From assembly GCA_964016885.1 (NCBI GenBank), contig OZ024747.1:60698001-60762000 (forward strand): a stretch of DNA of 64,000 bases, given 5' to 3'. Both the position numbers and the translations under genes were made by a program. The stretch's first letter is position 1, and every line of letters begins with the position of its first letter. Of the stretch, positions 13,090-25,130 are shown one piece after another. The stretch is from Eledone cirrhosa (Eukaryota). The notes below the pieces were generated by a model. It searched no databases and was not told the origin of the DNA. It saw only the letters and a list, made by a program, of their open reading frames with translations.

Positions 13090-13156
13090 TTTTATCTGAT
13101 GAAAACACAAATATTATTGCATGATGATATTTGTTTTTGAAATGCACATAATAAAA
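13090..13156 (+). ncRNA. Type I hammerhead ribozyme motif
   Basis: TTTTAT-CTGATGA(13096)-stem II-GAAA(13139)-TGCACA-TA-ATAAAA. Confidence 0.65.
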
Positions 13157-13281
13157 TACATGGAACTCTTTTCACCATCTTTTGTTCTTATATATTATGT
13201 ATACTCCAGTCCTACAAACTGTAGAGTGCTTCTTATCCGATATCTGCATTGCTTTATTGTACTACAATAAAACTCACCTCC

Positions 13282-13338
<57 letters not shown>

Positions 13339-13552
13339 GTTTACACAAACATATATACACACACACACTATACCAGCATTACAGAAATTTTAAGATGACA
13401 ACTTTTAATATTTTGTTCTTTATTTTTAAGTTTGTTTATCTCTTCTTTTCAATGATAACCTTTCTTTGCTCTATGTGTGCATGTGTTCATTTATATATAT
13501 ATATAATTAATAGATATGTGTATATTTATATAGAGAGACAAAGGCCCATATA

Positions 13553-14250
13553 TCTTACATGTCTCGCTCATTTCACCCTATTTTACTTGTCCCAATAACT
13601 TTATTGTGTTATTGCTTGCACCAACTAGAGGTATATGATTTTTAAAGTGATGAAATACCAATGAAAGTTGGAAGATCACTGATGAAGGACTAATTTTATT
13701 CATACGTAACCCATGTGCAACCACGCAGCACTCCATTTTTCTCATATTTATATTTTTTCCTCAGCTGTGATTGTCTGTTTCTTTCTTACTGCTTCCCCTC
13801 TCTCTGTATCTCTGACACTCTTTTTACCCTCTCGGCTGGTCTCTTCCTCACACTTCCACTCACTCACTCACTCTCTGCTTCTCCCCCTCTCTCACTTCCT
13901 CCAGTTTGACCTGTGTGAAATCCTTTTCTCGCTCACATCTCACCCATGTCGGATGGTCTGTATCTCTTCTCGTCCATGAATTCACCAAGCTTAAGCTTGC
14001 AGATATCATGTACTTGTCTCTTCCTATCTTTCCGTTGCAATACCATCTTTGTTTGTTTACATGTCTCGTTCGTTTCACCCTATTTCACTTGTCCCAATAA
14101 CTTTCTTTAGTTATTGCTCGCACCAACCAGAGGTATATGATTTTTAAAGCGATGAACTACCAATGAAAGTTTGAAGATCACTGATGGACTAATTTTATTC
14201 ATATGTAACCCATGTGCAACCACGCAGCTCTCCATTTTTCTCATATTTAT
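13553..14250 (+). repeat. About 200-bp direct repeat (13553-13755 and 14055-14250), period about 500 bp
   Basis: ttacatgtctcg...gatcactgatg(aa)ggactaattttattcat...ctcatatttat is present twice. Confidence 0.8.
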
Positions 14251-14530
14251 CATCATCATCATCATCATCAACGTTTAACGTCCGTGTTCCACGCTTGCAT
14301 GGGTTTGGACGGGGGTTTTCCCACTTGAGGCAAGAGTGATTGTCTTGCTCGCATAGGACTGTCTGGCAGGTTTTCTACAGCTGGATGCCCTTCCTAACAC
14401 CAACCACATTTACAGTGTGGGGCTGGGAGGTTTTTACCGTGTTGCCTACACGGCCACATTACAGCGTGGACTGTGTGTTTTTTTGTCGTGACACCTACAC
14501 GATCTCATTTGTTTCGGCCTCGATGGCGCG
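14250..14530 (-). mobile_element. SINE-like family B (young subfamily)
   Basis: Near-identical to 29225-29497 (-) and 60570-60840 (+). Confidence 0.8.
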
Positions 14531-14801
14531 GCACCAACATAACTTTACATAGAACGGGGTGGTGTGGATGGGGTGTGGGGGGGGGGGGGGTATTTTGTTA
14601 GAGATGCCTACTGGCTGGAGTAGGTTTTACTATATATTTAGGTATGTATATATATATTATATCTTATATATATATATGTATATATATATATGTATATATA
14701 TATTATATCTTATATATATATATGTGTATATATATATAGGAACAAGTAGGACCCCAACGGCTGAGCTCATGGTCCACCTGGTTCCTTACCACATTTCCTT
14801 C

Positions 14802-14846
<45 letters not shown>

Positions 14847-14853
<7 letters not shown>

Positions 14854-14910
14854 TTCAAAATATTAACAAAAATAGACATGTCTATTTTTGTTAATATTTT
14901 GAATTAATAT
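14847..14910. repeat. Perfect 64-bp palindrome
   Basis: ATATTAATTCAAAATATTAACAAAAATAGACA|TGTCTATTTTTGTTAATATTTTGAATTAATAT, with no spacer. Confidence 0.95.
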
Positions 14911-15019
14911 TAATAACTCCAGAAAACCATTTTTGTTGAGTGGTTCCAATCTATTGTAAAACTCATTCTTTGATTTATTCATTGAACCTTGTTTAACCTT
15001 TAAATATATATATATATAC

Positions 15020-15050
<31 letters not shown>

Positions 15051-15084
15051 CATATACATACGCGCATTCATACACACACACATG

Positions 15085-15118
<34 letters not shown>

Positions 15119-15230
15119 AAAATATATATATATATATATAAAAATATATATATATATATATATAAGATATATGGTCCTTTGTCTCTATATATAAATATAC
15201 ACATATCTATTAATTTGATATATATATATA

Positions 15231-15265
<35 letters not shown>

Positions 15266-16121
15266 TAGTAGATTAATCTTCCTATTCTTGAGTGTAATAA
15301 TTTCAGACAGAACATTTGTTGTACTTCTTCTCCAACACAAGTTTGCACAATTCTGACAAGAATTTCTTTATTAAAAACTCTGGACCATTTCTGTTGTGTC
15401 AGTCTTTGTGTCTTCTATATGATGTCTAGTTTCTTTGAAACATTGAAGGTGGAGGATGGAACATGGAGATATGTGGAATAGAAGGACAATGTCTGAATGA
15501 GATGTTAACCTTTCCTAAACAAGGTTAATTGAGATGATCTGTCCTTTCTCTCTACACAAGTAGCTTTTCACTCTGTAGCCTGTAAAATATGACGCTTTTG
15601 GTTCCCAAAGATTATTCTTTAACTCTCCTTCCCTTCAACCCATCCCCCTTCTTTCTCTCTCTCTCTATCTCTCTTTCTTTCTCTCTGCCTCTTTCTTTCT
15701 TTCCCCACCCTCACCCTCTTCTCTCTCTTTCTTTCCCCACCCTCACCCTCTTCTCTCTCTTTCTTTCCCCACCCTCACCCTCTTCTCTCTGTCTACCACA
15801 CCTGCACTCTTGTAAATTGTGGCAGTGATTTATAGATATATCCCTCCTGCACACACTCACACACACACATACACATATAGAAGATACACACACATACACA
15901 TATACACACATACACATACATACACATATAGAAGATATTTTCTATATACACACACACACATATAAGTACACATCTAAAAAGATACCCCCACACATACACA
16001 CATACATAAAACACATTTCTTGCTTAGCATGATATGTGGAATATGTTTATAGGAAACAAAGTTTCAATGAAGTGTGGGATGTGTGGAGATGTATGGAGGA
16101 TATTTAATCATATATGTATAT

Positions 16122-16302
16122 AATTGTTTCTATTTTTGGCACAAGGCCAGCAATCACCCAGTATATTACTGGTACTTTATTTTATCGACCCCCGTAAGGA
16201 TGAAAGGCAAAGTTAACCTCGGCGGTATTTGAACTCAGATCATAAAGGGACGTAACTCTATGCTTCAAAGCATGGTGTCCGACTCTCTACCGATACTGCC
16301 AA
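16122..16302 (-). mobile_element. tRNA-derived SINE family A
   Basis: Reverse complement of the family A consensus. Confidence 0.85.
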
Positions 16303-16409
16303 AGGGACGGATTGTTATGCCTTCATTACATTTATTGAGCAGTGATGTGTCTTTCGCTATTGATCAGCTCAAGGTTCGATCTGTATTGATCTGGCCTGAC
16401 TCTGGAGGT

Positions 16410-16626
16410 TGCATTGGTATGGATGTGTATGAAGGATAAAAGGCACAGAGCACTAGAAGTCGATGGAAACTGTGGAGTGGGGAGACCCAAGAAGACCTGG
16501 GATGAGGTGATAAAAGCCGACCTTACCCAATTATACATCTCAAAGGCAATGACACACGACCGTGACCTCTGGCGTCACGCAGCAATACAGAAGACCCGAC
16601 TTCCCACGGGTACAAGCCGAAGCTGA
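16410..16626 (+). mobile_element. RTE-clade LINE 3' fragment (family B)
   Basis: Reads VDGNCGVGRPKKTWDEVIKADL...DRDLWR and is homologous to 20182-20430 (-). Confidence 0.7.
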
Positions 16627-16634
16627 AGCATATA

Positions 16635-16935
16635 ATATAGACAATATGCCCCCACCCCCTCCCACTGCAAAGTGGTCATCAAGGTGCCACAGCAAAAAAA
16701 GCACCCAGCCCACACTGTAAAGTGTTGTGTAAGCGCCATGGAAAAAAAGCACCCAGCACTCACTGTAAATGAGGTTGGTGTTAGGAAGGGCATCCAGCTG
16801 TAGAAATCAAGCCAGAATCAGTTCCCGTATGAGCAAGACAAGGTCATCCGACCTGGCACTGCCTACAACTAAACAACCCATCTAACCCATGCTAACATGG
16901 AAGAATGGACGTAAAACATTGATGATGATGATGAT
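16635..16935 (+). mobile_element. SINE-like family B copy
   Basis: Homologous to 62735-63025, with a (GAT)n tail. Confidence 0.8.
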
Positions 16936-16961
16936 ATATATATATATATATAAGGAAACTA

Positions 16962-17160
16962 TGGCACATGGCTTAGTGGTTAGAGTGTTGGATTCACAAT
17001 TGTGAGATTGTGAAGTCGATTCTCAATAAAATGCTGTGTCCTTGAGCAAGACACTTTATTTCCCTTTGCTCTAGTTCACTCAGCTGTAGAAATGAGTTGT
17101 GATGCCACCGGAGCTAGCTTGTATCAACCTTTCCCTTGGACAACATCAGTGATGTGACAT
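16962..17160 (+). mobile_element. tRNA-derived SINE family C (degenerate)
   Basis: GGCACATGGCTTAGTGGTTAGAG head and GTGTCCTTGAGCAAGACACTTTATTTC...CACTCAGCTGTAGAAATGAG core, shared with 44805-45050. Confidence 0.7.
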
Positions 17161-17519
17161 GTGTATACACATATACACAAACACACATACACACGTTCTC
17201 TATCTTGACTGTCAAACACAAAAAGATATAGTCTCGTAGCAAAAGCGACATTCTTTCTCATTCACCTTGCCTTCACTCCTGTTGTAAGTGCCCATGTAGT
17301 CTTGAAGGGACATAGACATACTTTCAACCCCCATACTGTTGATTCAGGGAAATATCAAAGATTTGACAGCTGATGGAAAGAGGCTTACATCTAACACATA
17401 GAGGAAAGTAAAATTTATTTGAGAGAGACCACTATCTGTTTTTTCACAGCATCATCATCAGTCTTGGATTAAACAAAATATCTGTGTAGAGCTTCAAGTG
17501 AAAATGAGCCTTGAAATCA

Positions 17520-18008
17520 TCATCATCATCGTCGTCGTCATTTTCTTCTTCTTCTTCTTTTTCTTCTTCTTTTTCTTCTTCTTCTTCTTCGCCTTCTTCT
17601 TCTCCTTCTTCTTCTTCTTCTTCTTCGCCTTCTTCTTCGCCTTCTTCTTCTTCTTCTTCTTCTTCTTCGCCTTCTTCTCCTTCTTCTTCTTCGCCTTCTT
17701 CTCCTTCTTCTTCTTCTTCTTCTTCTTTGCCTTCTTCTTCGCCTTCTTCTTCTTCTTCTTCTCCTTCTTCTTCTCCTTCTTCTTCTTCGCCTTCTCCTTC
17801 TTCTTCGCCTTCTTCTTCGCCTTCTTCTTCGCCTTCTTCTTCGCCTTCTTCTCCTTCTTCTTCTTCTTCTTCGCCTTCTTCTCCTTCTTCTTCTACGCCT
17901 TCTTTTTCTTCTTCTTTGCCTTCTTCTCCTTCTTCTTCTTCTTCTTCTTCTTCGCCTTCTTCTTCGCCTTCTTCTCCTTCGCCTTCTTTGCCTTCTTCTT
18001 CTTCTTCG
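17520..18008. repeat. (TTC)n microsatellite with TTCGCC/TTCTCC interruptions
   Basis: Directly visible. Confidence 0.95.
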
Positions 18009-18194
18009 GGTAGCGGGGGCAGAGTCCATAATTCCTCCTTCCAGCAGGTCCTGTCTCAGAAGCAACCATCTCCAATTGATCTTGCTGAATTCTCAAGTGA
18101 GACCAACCGAACTCAGGGCCTACAGCTGGGTCTTCTACCAGTTGGTTTTTCTGCCCGTAAAATCTGTCCAGCAATTCTTCCCTGACACATTCTA

Positions 18195-18372
18195 GGGGTA
18201 GTATCGGTAGAGGGTCGGACGCCATGCTTTCCAGCATACTTACGTCCCTTTACGATCTGAGTTCAAATCCCTCTGAGGTTGACTTTGCCTTTCATCCTTA
18301 CGGGGTCGATAAAATAAAGTACCAGTAATGAACTGGGTTATTGCTGGCCTTGTGCCTAAAGTAGAAACAAAT
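18195..18372 (+). mobile_element. tRNA-derived SINE family A
   Basis: B-box, core and tail are present. Confidence 0.85.
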
Positions 18373-18444
18373 ATATCTTTTCATTTTTGGTGTGACATTC
18401 TGGTGTAAATATAACAAGGGGGCTTCCAAGTTTTATACAGCCTA

Positions 18445-19037
18445 GGCTCTTAGCATTTAAACTGGCCATATCTCTCTCCTCTTTCTATTCAAACCAGCCA
18501 TCACCAGCTGCTCATACTTATGTTAACCCTTTAGCATTTAAACCAGCCATATCTGGCCAGGATTCTCTCACCTATTTCTATTCAAACCAGCCATCACTGG
18601 CTGCTCATACTTATTTAAACCCGTTAGCATTTAAACCAGCCATATCTAACCAGGATTCTCTCTCCTCTTTCTATTCAAAGCAACCATCACTGGCTGCTCA
18701 TACTTATGTTAACCCTTTAGCATTTAAACCAGCCATATTTGGCCAGGATTCTCTCACCTATTTCTATTCAAACTGGCCATAACCAGTTGCTCATACTTAT
18801 GTTAACTCTTTAGCGTTTAAAATGGCTGTATCTGGCCAGAATTCTTTCACCTATTTCTGTTCAAACCGGCCATAACTGGCTGTTCATACTTATTTTAAGG
18901 TATTGTTCTCAAAATTCAAAATAAATAATATCAAAATCTCATAGATTGTATATTATGTGGAATAATTATATGAGGTAAAACCTTTACCGCGAATATACAA
19001 TAGTAAATATAGAGTAATATAAATGGTAAAGTGTTAA
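18445..19037 (+). mobile_element. TTAA/piggyBac-type MITE with its left part (about 93 bp) tandemly amplified about 5 times
   Basis: ttaaccctttagcatttaaacc recurs at about 18523, 18615, 18709 and 18802. The last unit continues into the MITE body and ends at taaatggtaaagtgttaa. Confidence 0.7.
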
Positions 19038-19319
19038 ACTGACACTAATTGTGGTAAGCTATGTATGGTATTTTATAGATCCAACAATACTATCTGTTGG
19101 GTCACTCTGCCCTGCTGGCTGTTGCTATTGTTAGTTGGAGACTGTTTATTTAACTTTCAAACTGGATTGTTGGCAACCAACTTCTATATTGATCTCTAGA
19201 CTGCACCATTCTCTGAGACTATCAGTGCTGGTCGTCTCTGTGGTGCAGCTTCTGATCATGCAGTCATTCTGGACTATGGTGCTGCTACTGGCCATGTAAC
19301 TGCTTGCACTGTAAGGTCA

Positions 19320-19535
19320 TGGTCTGTGGTGCAACTGCAGATAATGCAGTTGTTGTTGTTTACTGTGGTGCAACTAGTGATTATGCAGTTGTTGTTTACT
19401 GTGGTGCAACTACAGATGATGCAGTTGTTGTTGTTTACTGTGGTGCAACTACTGATTATGCAGTTGTTGTTTACAGTGGTGCAACTAATGATTATGCAGT
19501 TGTTGTTTACTGTGGTGCAACTGCTGATAATGCAT
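19320..19535. repeat. 36-39-bp minisatellite
   Basis: gtggtgcaact...gattatgcagttgttgtttact repeated about 6 times. Confidence 0.85.
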
Positions 19536-19589
19536 AACTATATGCCTCAAAGCATGTTGTCTGACAGTCTACCGATAATAATACTAATA

Positions 19590-20092
19590 AGGATTTCTGA
19601 TTTAGGCACAAGGCCAAATATTTTGGGCAGGTGAAAGTCAAGTTGACCCCGGTGGGTTTGTGGTACTTTGTTTTATCGACATTGTAGCAAAGATAAACTC
19701 AGCGGAATTTGAACTCAGGGCATAAAGGGTCATAACTATATGATGCAAAGCATGTTGTCTGATGGTGATAATAATTGTTTCTACTTTTAGCACAAGGCCA
19801 CCAATTGCCCCAGTGTATTGCTGGTACTTTATTTTATCAACCCCATATGGATGAAAGGCAAAGTTAACCTCAACAGGATTTGAACTCAGACCATAAAGGG
19901 CCGTAACTCTAGGCTGCAAAGCATGGTGTCCGACTCTCTACCGATACTGCCAATCCACGACCCTTTGTAATGGGTAATATTATTATGCCGAGGTTGACTT
20001 TGCCTTTCATCCTTACGGGGTTGATAAAATAAAGTACCGGTAATGCACTGGGTAATTGCTGGCCTTGTGCCTAAAGTAGAAACAATTATTAT
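19590..20092. mobile_element. Cluster of three SINE family A copies (two minus, one plus partial)
   Basis: Core and B-box motifs at about 19700 (-), 19850 (-) and 20000 (+). Confidence 0.8.
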
Positions 20093-20181
20093 AACAACAT
20101 CATTAGTATTTGATTTGTTTGCAAGTAAACTGCCTCATAACGCCATGTGTTTTAGATGGGGGGTTAGGTTTTACTATGTAT

Positions 20182-20670
20182 TTAGGTAAGGCGGGTCTTC
20201 TCTGTTACTGAGTACCGCCAAAGGTCTCGGTCCAGTGACATTGTCTTGGAGAGGTGTAAGTGTGTGAGGTCGGAGTTTATCAGCTCGTCCCAGGTTTTTC
20301 TAGGTCTGCCTATTCCGTGGCTACCGTCTATCTTTATTGCCCTGCACTTTGTTATACAGCTATCAACTTTCATGCGCATCACGTGTCCATACCAACGTAG
20401 CCTTCTCTCGTTCTCTCGAGTAAACAACATCTGATCCCTCTTATTTCTAATTTTTTCCTTAGTTCGTTTATGCTTTGCCGTTCACGTATATTACTGTTAC
20501 ACATCCAGCGGAGCATGCAAGCTTCGTTCCTCTCTAGTCTGCGTATATCCTCTGCACACAATGCCCAGGTCTCACTGCCATGCAACATTGCTGTTCGTAT
20601 GCAGGCATCGTACAACCTGCCTTTCATTTTTAGGGAGAACCCTTTAGCAGCTAATAGTGGTATAAGCTCT
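20182..20670 (-). mobile_element. RTE-clade LINE 3' fragment (family B), frameshifted
   Basis: [22 protein letters not shown]...MLRWM followed by [11 protein letters not shown]...GRPRKTW. Confidence 0.85.
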
Positions 20671-20731
20671 ACATACATATATACACATATATATATATAT
20701 ATATACATACATGCATATATATATATATCAT

Positions 20732-20812
<81 letters not shown>

Positions 20813-20823
20813 CACATATATAT

Positions 20824-21243
20824 AGTGAGACATGGGCAGCAACTACAGAGGATATGCGACGGCTGGAGAGAAATGAAGCAAGCATGCTCCGTTGGATGTG
20901 CAATGTCAATGTGCGTGAACGACCAAGCATAGATAAGTTGAGAGAGAAACTGTGTATAAGAGGGATAAGTTATGGTGTGCAGGACAGAAGGCTGAGATGG
21001 TATGGCCATGTGATGCACATGTTACCATTGAGTAAAGAAGTGCCAAGAGATCCCAGTAGAAGGAAGATGCAGTAGAGGAAGACCACGAAAAACATGGCCG
21101 GAGGTGGTGAGAGCAGACCTCAGATCGCTGAAACTCACGGAGGAGATGACGAAGGACCGTGACAAGTGGAGAGATGCTGTGCTGAATAGGACCCTTCCCA
21201 CCCTTGCAAGCAGGGAAAAGCGGACATAAAATGATGATGATGA
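20824..21243 (+). mobile_element. RTE-clade LINE 3' fragment (family A)
   Basis: [23 protein letters not shown]...RLRWYGHVM, with a hairpin tail and (GAT)n. Confidence 0.85.
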
Positions 21244-21519
21244 TATATATATATAGAAGGCATTTAGAACTCTGAGGAGAGGAAAATGAAATCTTGTAAT
21301 TGTGTGTTTATTAACAGAATTAACAAGCTAAGCAAAATGAAGTTTCTCTATCAGCAGCAATACTTTTTATTATTATGAAGATGATTTATGTGTGTATACA
21401 TATGAATGTATGTATATATATATATATATGTGTATATATATATATATATACATAAATACATATGAATGTATGTATATATATATAGGAGCTCTTAAGAGCC
21501 AATGGCCATCCAAAATCCC

Positions 21520-21885
21520 CGGGAGAGATGACCCCTTAGCCTTTGTCAGGGCAGAATTCTAGGAGAAGGAAAACTCTGATATAACACCTGCAACCCTGAT
21601 GGTATCCAATGATGTTGACTTGTTCTTCTTTTTGGTAAATATCATCTTGGTTAAGAGAGTGGGACTGGCTTTGTGCAGTGCCTTTGCTCACTATAAAAGC
21701 TTCACGACACAGGCATTGCTTTATATCTAGAGATCTCTCTGCACTTGTCGTCACATGGTACCATGGGCCCAGCACTGTGTCAATAGTTGTCACAAGTGCA
21801 GTGTTTGTACCAGAGTGCATCGGTAGGGGTTCTCCTACATGGATATAAAGTGGTGGCCGTACTCGAAAACGAGTTGGCAGCCACC
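21520..21885 (+). repeat. Interspersed repeat of about 370-410 bp, unclassified; second copy at 58183-58593
   Basis: gggagagatgacccc...ctaggagaaggaaaactctga...gttggcagccacca is near-identical in both copies, and both are flanked by TA-rich tracts. Confidence 0.8.
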
Positions 21886-21962
21886 ATATATATATATGAA
21901 TGTATGTATATATATATATATATATGTGTATATATATATACATAAATACATATGTGTATATA

Positions 21963-21996
<34 letters not shown>

Positions 21997-22054
21997 TATT
22001 ATACACACACACATATATATGTATGTGTACATAAATATATATATGTATATATAT

Positions 22055-22189
22055 AACAAAGGAAATGTGGTAAGGAACCAGATGGACCATAACGCACCAG
22101 AGTACTCAATACTTAGAGTAGTAGAGTTTGGAAATAGGAAAAAGTAAGACCCCGACGGCAGAGCTCAAGCCGTATTGGTCATATTTTTT

Positions 22190-22195
<6 letters not shown>
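22055..22195. mobile_element. PLE-type fragment, family 3, in (TA)n
   Basis: aaggaaatgtggtaaggaaccagatggacc is shared with 14735-14805 and 44637-44780; internal segments are in different relative orientations. Confidence 0.55.
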
Positions 22196-22226
<31 letters not shown>

Positions 22227-22389
22227 AGAAAGGGTGAAGAATAACATGGTCAACAGTACAAATGGTTTTATTTACAGTCTAACAACGCCGTACGCTAAAA
22301 CTATCCACAATACGAAGTATTCACAACCTTTCACTGGTTACCTATACCGATATTTTGTTATCTCTTATACATATATCTATATATATATA

Positions 22390-22640
22390 CGTAGATAAAT
22401 CTACCAAGAGTTTACGGTAGTGTCCAATCCGTATGAAGAACTCAATGTATTCCGGATATCATGGTGTTAGGTATGTATATTTAATCTTGATAATTTGTAT
22501 AATTTTGTATAATTTTGTACATAGATCTGTTGAATATGCATACCAATTATAACACATATATACCCTAGAAACGATCGTTAAATAATGAACTTTTTTTGTT
22601 TAATATAAGGAATTGTTTATTCATTATTTGCTTAATATTT
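22390..22640. mobile_element. PLE-type fragment, family 2
   Basis: Homologous to 30200-30670. Carries only the 3' half of the hammerhead (GAAACGATCGTTAAATAAT at 22568). Confidence 0.6.
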
Positions 22641-22650
22641 TATATATACG

Positions 22651-22725
<75 letters not shown>

Positions 22726-22792
22726 GTGTATATATATATATGTACACATATGTGTGTATATATATATATACGTATATATATATATATATATA

Positions 22793-22835
<43 letters not shown>

Positions 22836-22949
22836 AGATCAAAAGATGGTTAATCTTATATATTATGCATACTCCAGTCCTACAAACTGTAGAGTGCTTC
22901 TTATCCGATATCTGCATTGCTTTATTGTACTACAATAAAACTCACCTCC

Positions 22950-23038
<89 letters not shown>

Positions 23039-23073
23039 GTGTGTATATATATATATACGTATATATGTATATA

Positions 23074-23132
<59 letters not shown>

Positions 23133-23173
23133 GTGTGTATATATATATATATATACGTATATATGTATATATA

Positions 23174-23220
<47 letters not shown>

Positions 23221-23252
23221 GTGTGTGTTTGTGTTTATCAGTAAAACGTGTG

Positions 23253-23314
<62 letters not shown>

Positions 23315-23464
23315 TACCAATGCAGACATATATATATATACACAAATACACATCCTTAGAATTGGACAAGATTCAATGATAATTTTCTGTTTTCCAATAG
23401 ATATGAATACTTTTTATCTTCCTGTTTTCCCTCCTCAATTAAAAATATGTTTGCCACAGGCATG

Positions 23465-24365
23465 ACGTGTGTGTGTATGTGCGTAACTCTGTGTGTGTAT
23501 GTGCGTAACTCTGTGTGTGTATGTGCGTAACTCTGTGTGTGTATGTGCGTAACTTTGTGTGTGTATGTGCGTAACTCTGTGTGTGTATGTGCGTAACTCT
23601 GTGTGTGTATGTGCGTAACTCTGTGTGTGTATGTGCGTAACTCTGTGTGTGTATGTGCGTAACTCCGTGTGTGTATGTGCGTAACTCTGTGTGTGTATGT
23701 GCGTAACTCCGTGTGTGTATGTGCGTAACTCTGTGTGTGTATGTGCGTAACTCCGTGTGTGTATGTGCGTAACTCTGTGTGTGCATGTGCGTAACTCCGT
23801 GTGTGTATGTGCGTAACTCTGTGTGTGTATGTGCGTAACTCCGTGTGTGTATGTGCGTAACTCCGTGTGTGTATGTGCGTAACTCTGTGTGTGTATGTGC
23901 GTAACTCTATGTGCGTAACTCCGTGTGTGTATGTGCGTAACTCTGCGTGTGTATGTGTGTAACTCTGTGTGTGTATGTGCGTAACTCTGTGTGTGTATGT
24001 GCGTAACTCCGTGTGTGTATGTGCGTAACTCCGTGTGTGTATGTGCGTAACTCTGTGTGTGTATGTGCGTAACTCTGTGTGTGTATGTGCGTAACTCTGT
24101 GTGTGTATGTGCGTAACTCTGTGTGTGTATGTGCGTAACTCTGTGTGTGTATGTGCGTAACTCCGTGTGCGTATGTGCGTAACTCCGTGTGCGTAACTGC
24201 GTAACTCCGTGTGTGTATGTGCGTAACTCTGTGTGTGTATGTGCGTAACTCTGTGTGTGTATGTGCGTAACTCTGTGTGTGTATGTGCGTAACTTTGTGT
24301 GTGTATGTGCGTAACTCTGTGTGTGTATGTGCGTAACTCTGTGTGTGTATGTGCATAATTGTGTG
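23465..24365. repeat. 22-bp minisatellite (about 40 units)
   Basis: Unit gtgtgtgtatgtgcgtaactc(t/c). Confidence 0.95.
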
Positions 24366-24659
24366 TGTGTGTCTCCCCTGCAAGGCACTGCCAATATCTT
24401 CTTAAATATAAGGAGCAAAAAAATAGGAAAAACTATATAATAAAGACACTACTTCACATGAAATATTCAATATAGGTACAGGCAGAGCTATGTGGTTAAG
24501 GAGCTAATTTCATAACCACATGGTTCTGTGTTTCATCCCACTGTGTAGTGCCCTCGGGTTAACATTGACTGGAATTTCGTCGACTTAATTTGAGAGGTAC
24601 ATTTAAGTTGAAAGTGGGACATTTAATTTGGGTTGGTGGAACACTTTATCTGGAGATAT

Positions 24660-25130
24660 TTAATTTGAAGGTGGTAGACTTAATTTGGGGTTGACTGATG
24701 TACATTTAGGGTTGACTGTCGTAAATTTGGGGTTGACTGTCGTAAATTTGGGGTTGACTGTCGTAAATTTGGGGTTAACTGATGTAAATGTAGTGTTGAC
24801 TGATGTAAATTTGGGGGCACCAGAAGTAAATTTCTTGGGGTGGCAGACATAAAATTTGGGATGGTAGATGTAAAATTGGGGTGTGTAGACGTAAATTTGG
24901 GGGCAGTAAACGTAAATTTGAGGTGGTAGACTTAATTTGGGGAGTGGTAGACATAAATTTTGGGGGTACTAGACATAAATTTGGCAGTGGTAGATGTAAA
25001 TTTGGAGGTGATAGACTTAAAGTTGGGGATGGTAGATGTAAATTTGGGGCTGGTAGACATAAATTAGGGGGTGGTAGATTTAATTTGGGTAGTTCACTAA
25101 ATATCTGCTGGTGGTAGCATTAATTTAGGT
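24660..25130. repeat. Degenerate tandem repeat of about 21 bp
   Basis: Units of the type gtaaatttggggttgactgtc / gtaaatttgggg.tggtagac. Confidence 0.75.

Larger units (their letters stand above)
12856..13284. mobile_element. PLE-type palindromic fragment, family 1
   Basis: Near-perfect palindrome with arms of about 170 bp centred at about 13025 (TTAAATCAACATAT-TG-ATATGTTGATTTAA), flanked by (TA)n. Confidence 0.65.

Noticed and set aside
17498-18237. Poly-S/F/R/K ORFs
   Set aside because: Reading frames of a (TTC)n tract.
23435-24418. 327-aa repetitive ORF or CRISPR-like periodicity
   Set aside because: 22-bp tandem repeat with no unique spacers, in a eukaryotic context with no cas genes.
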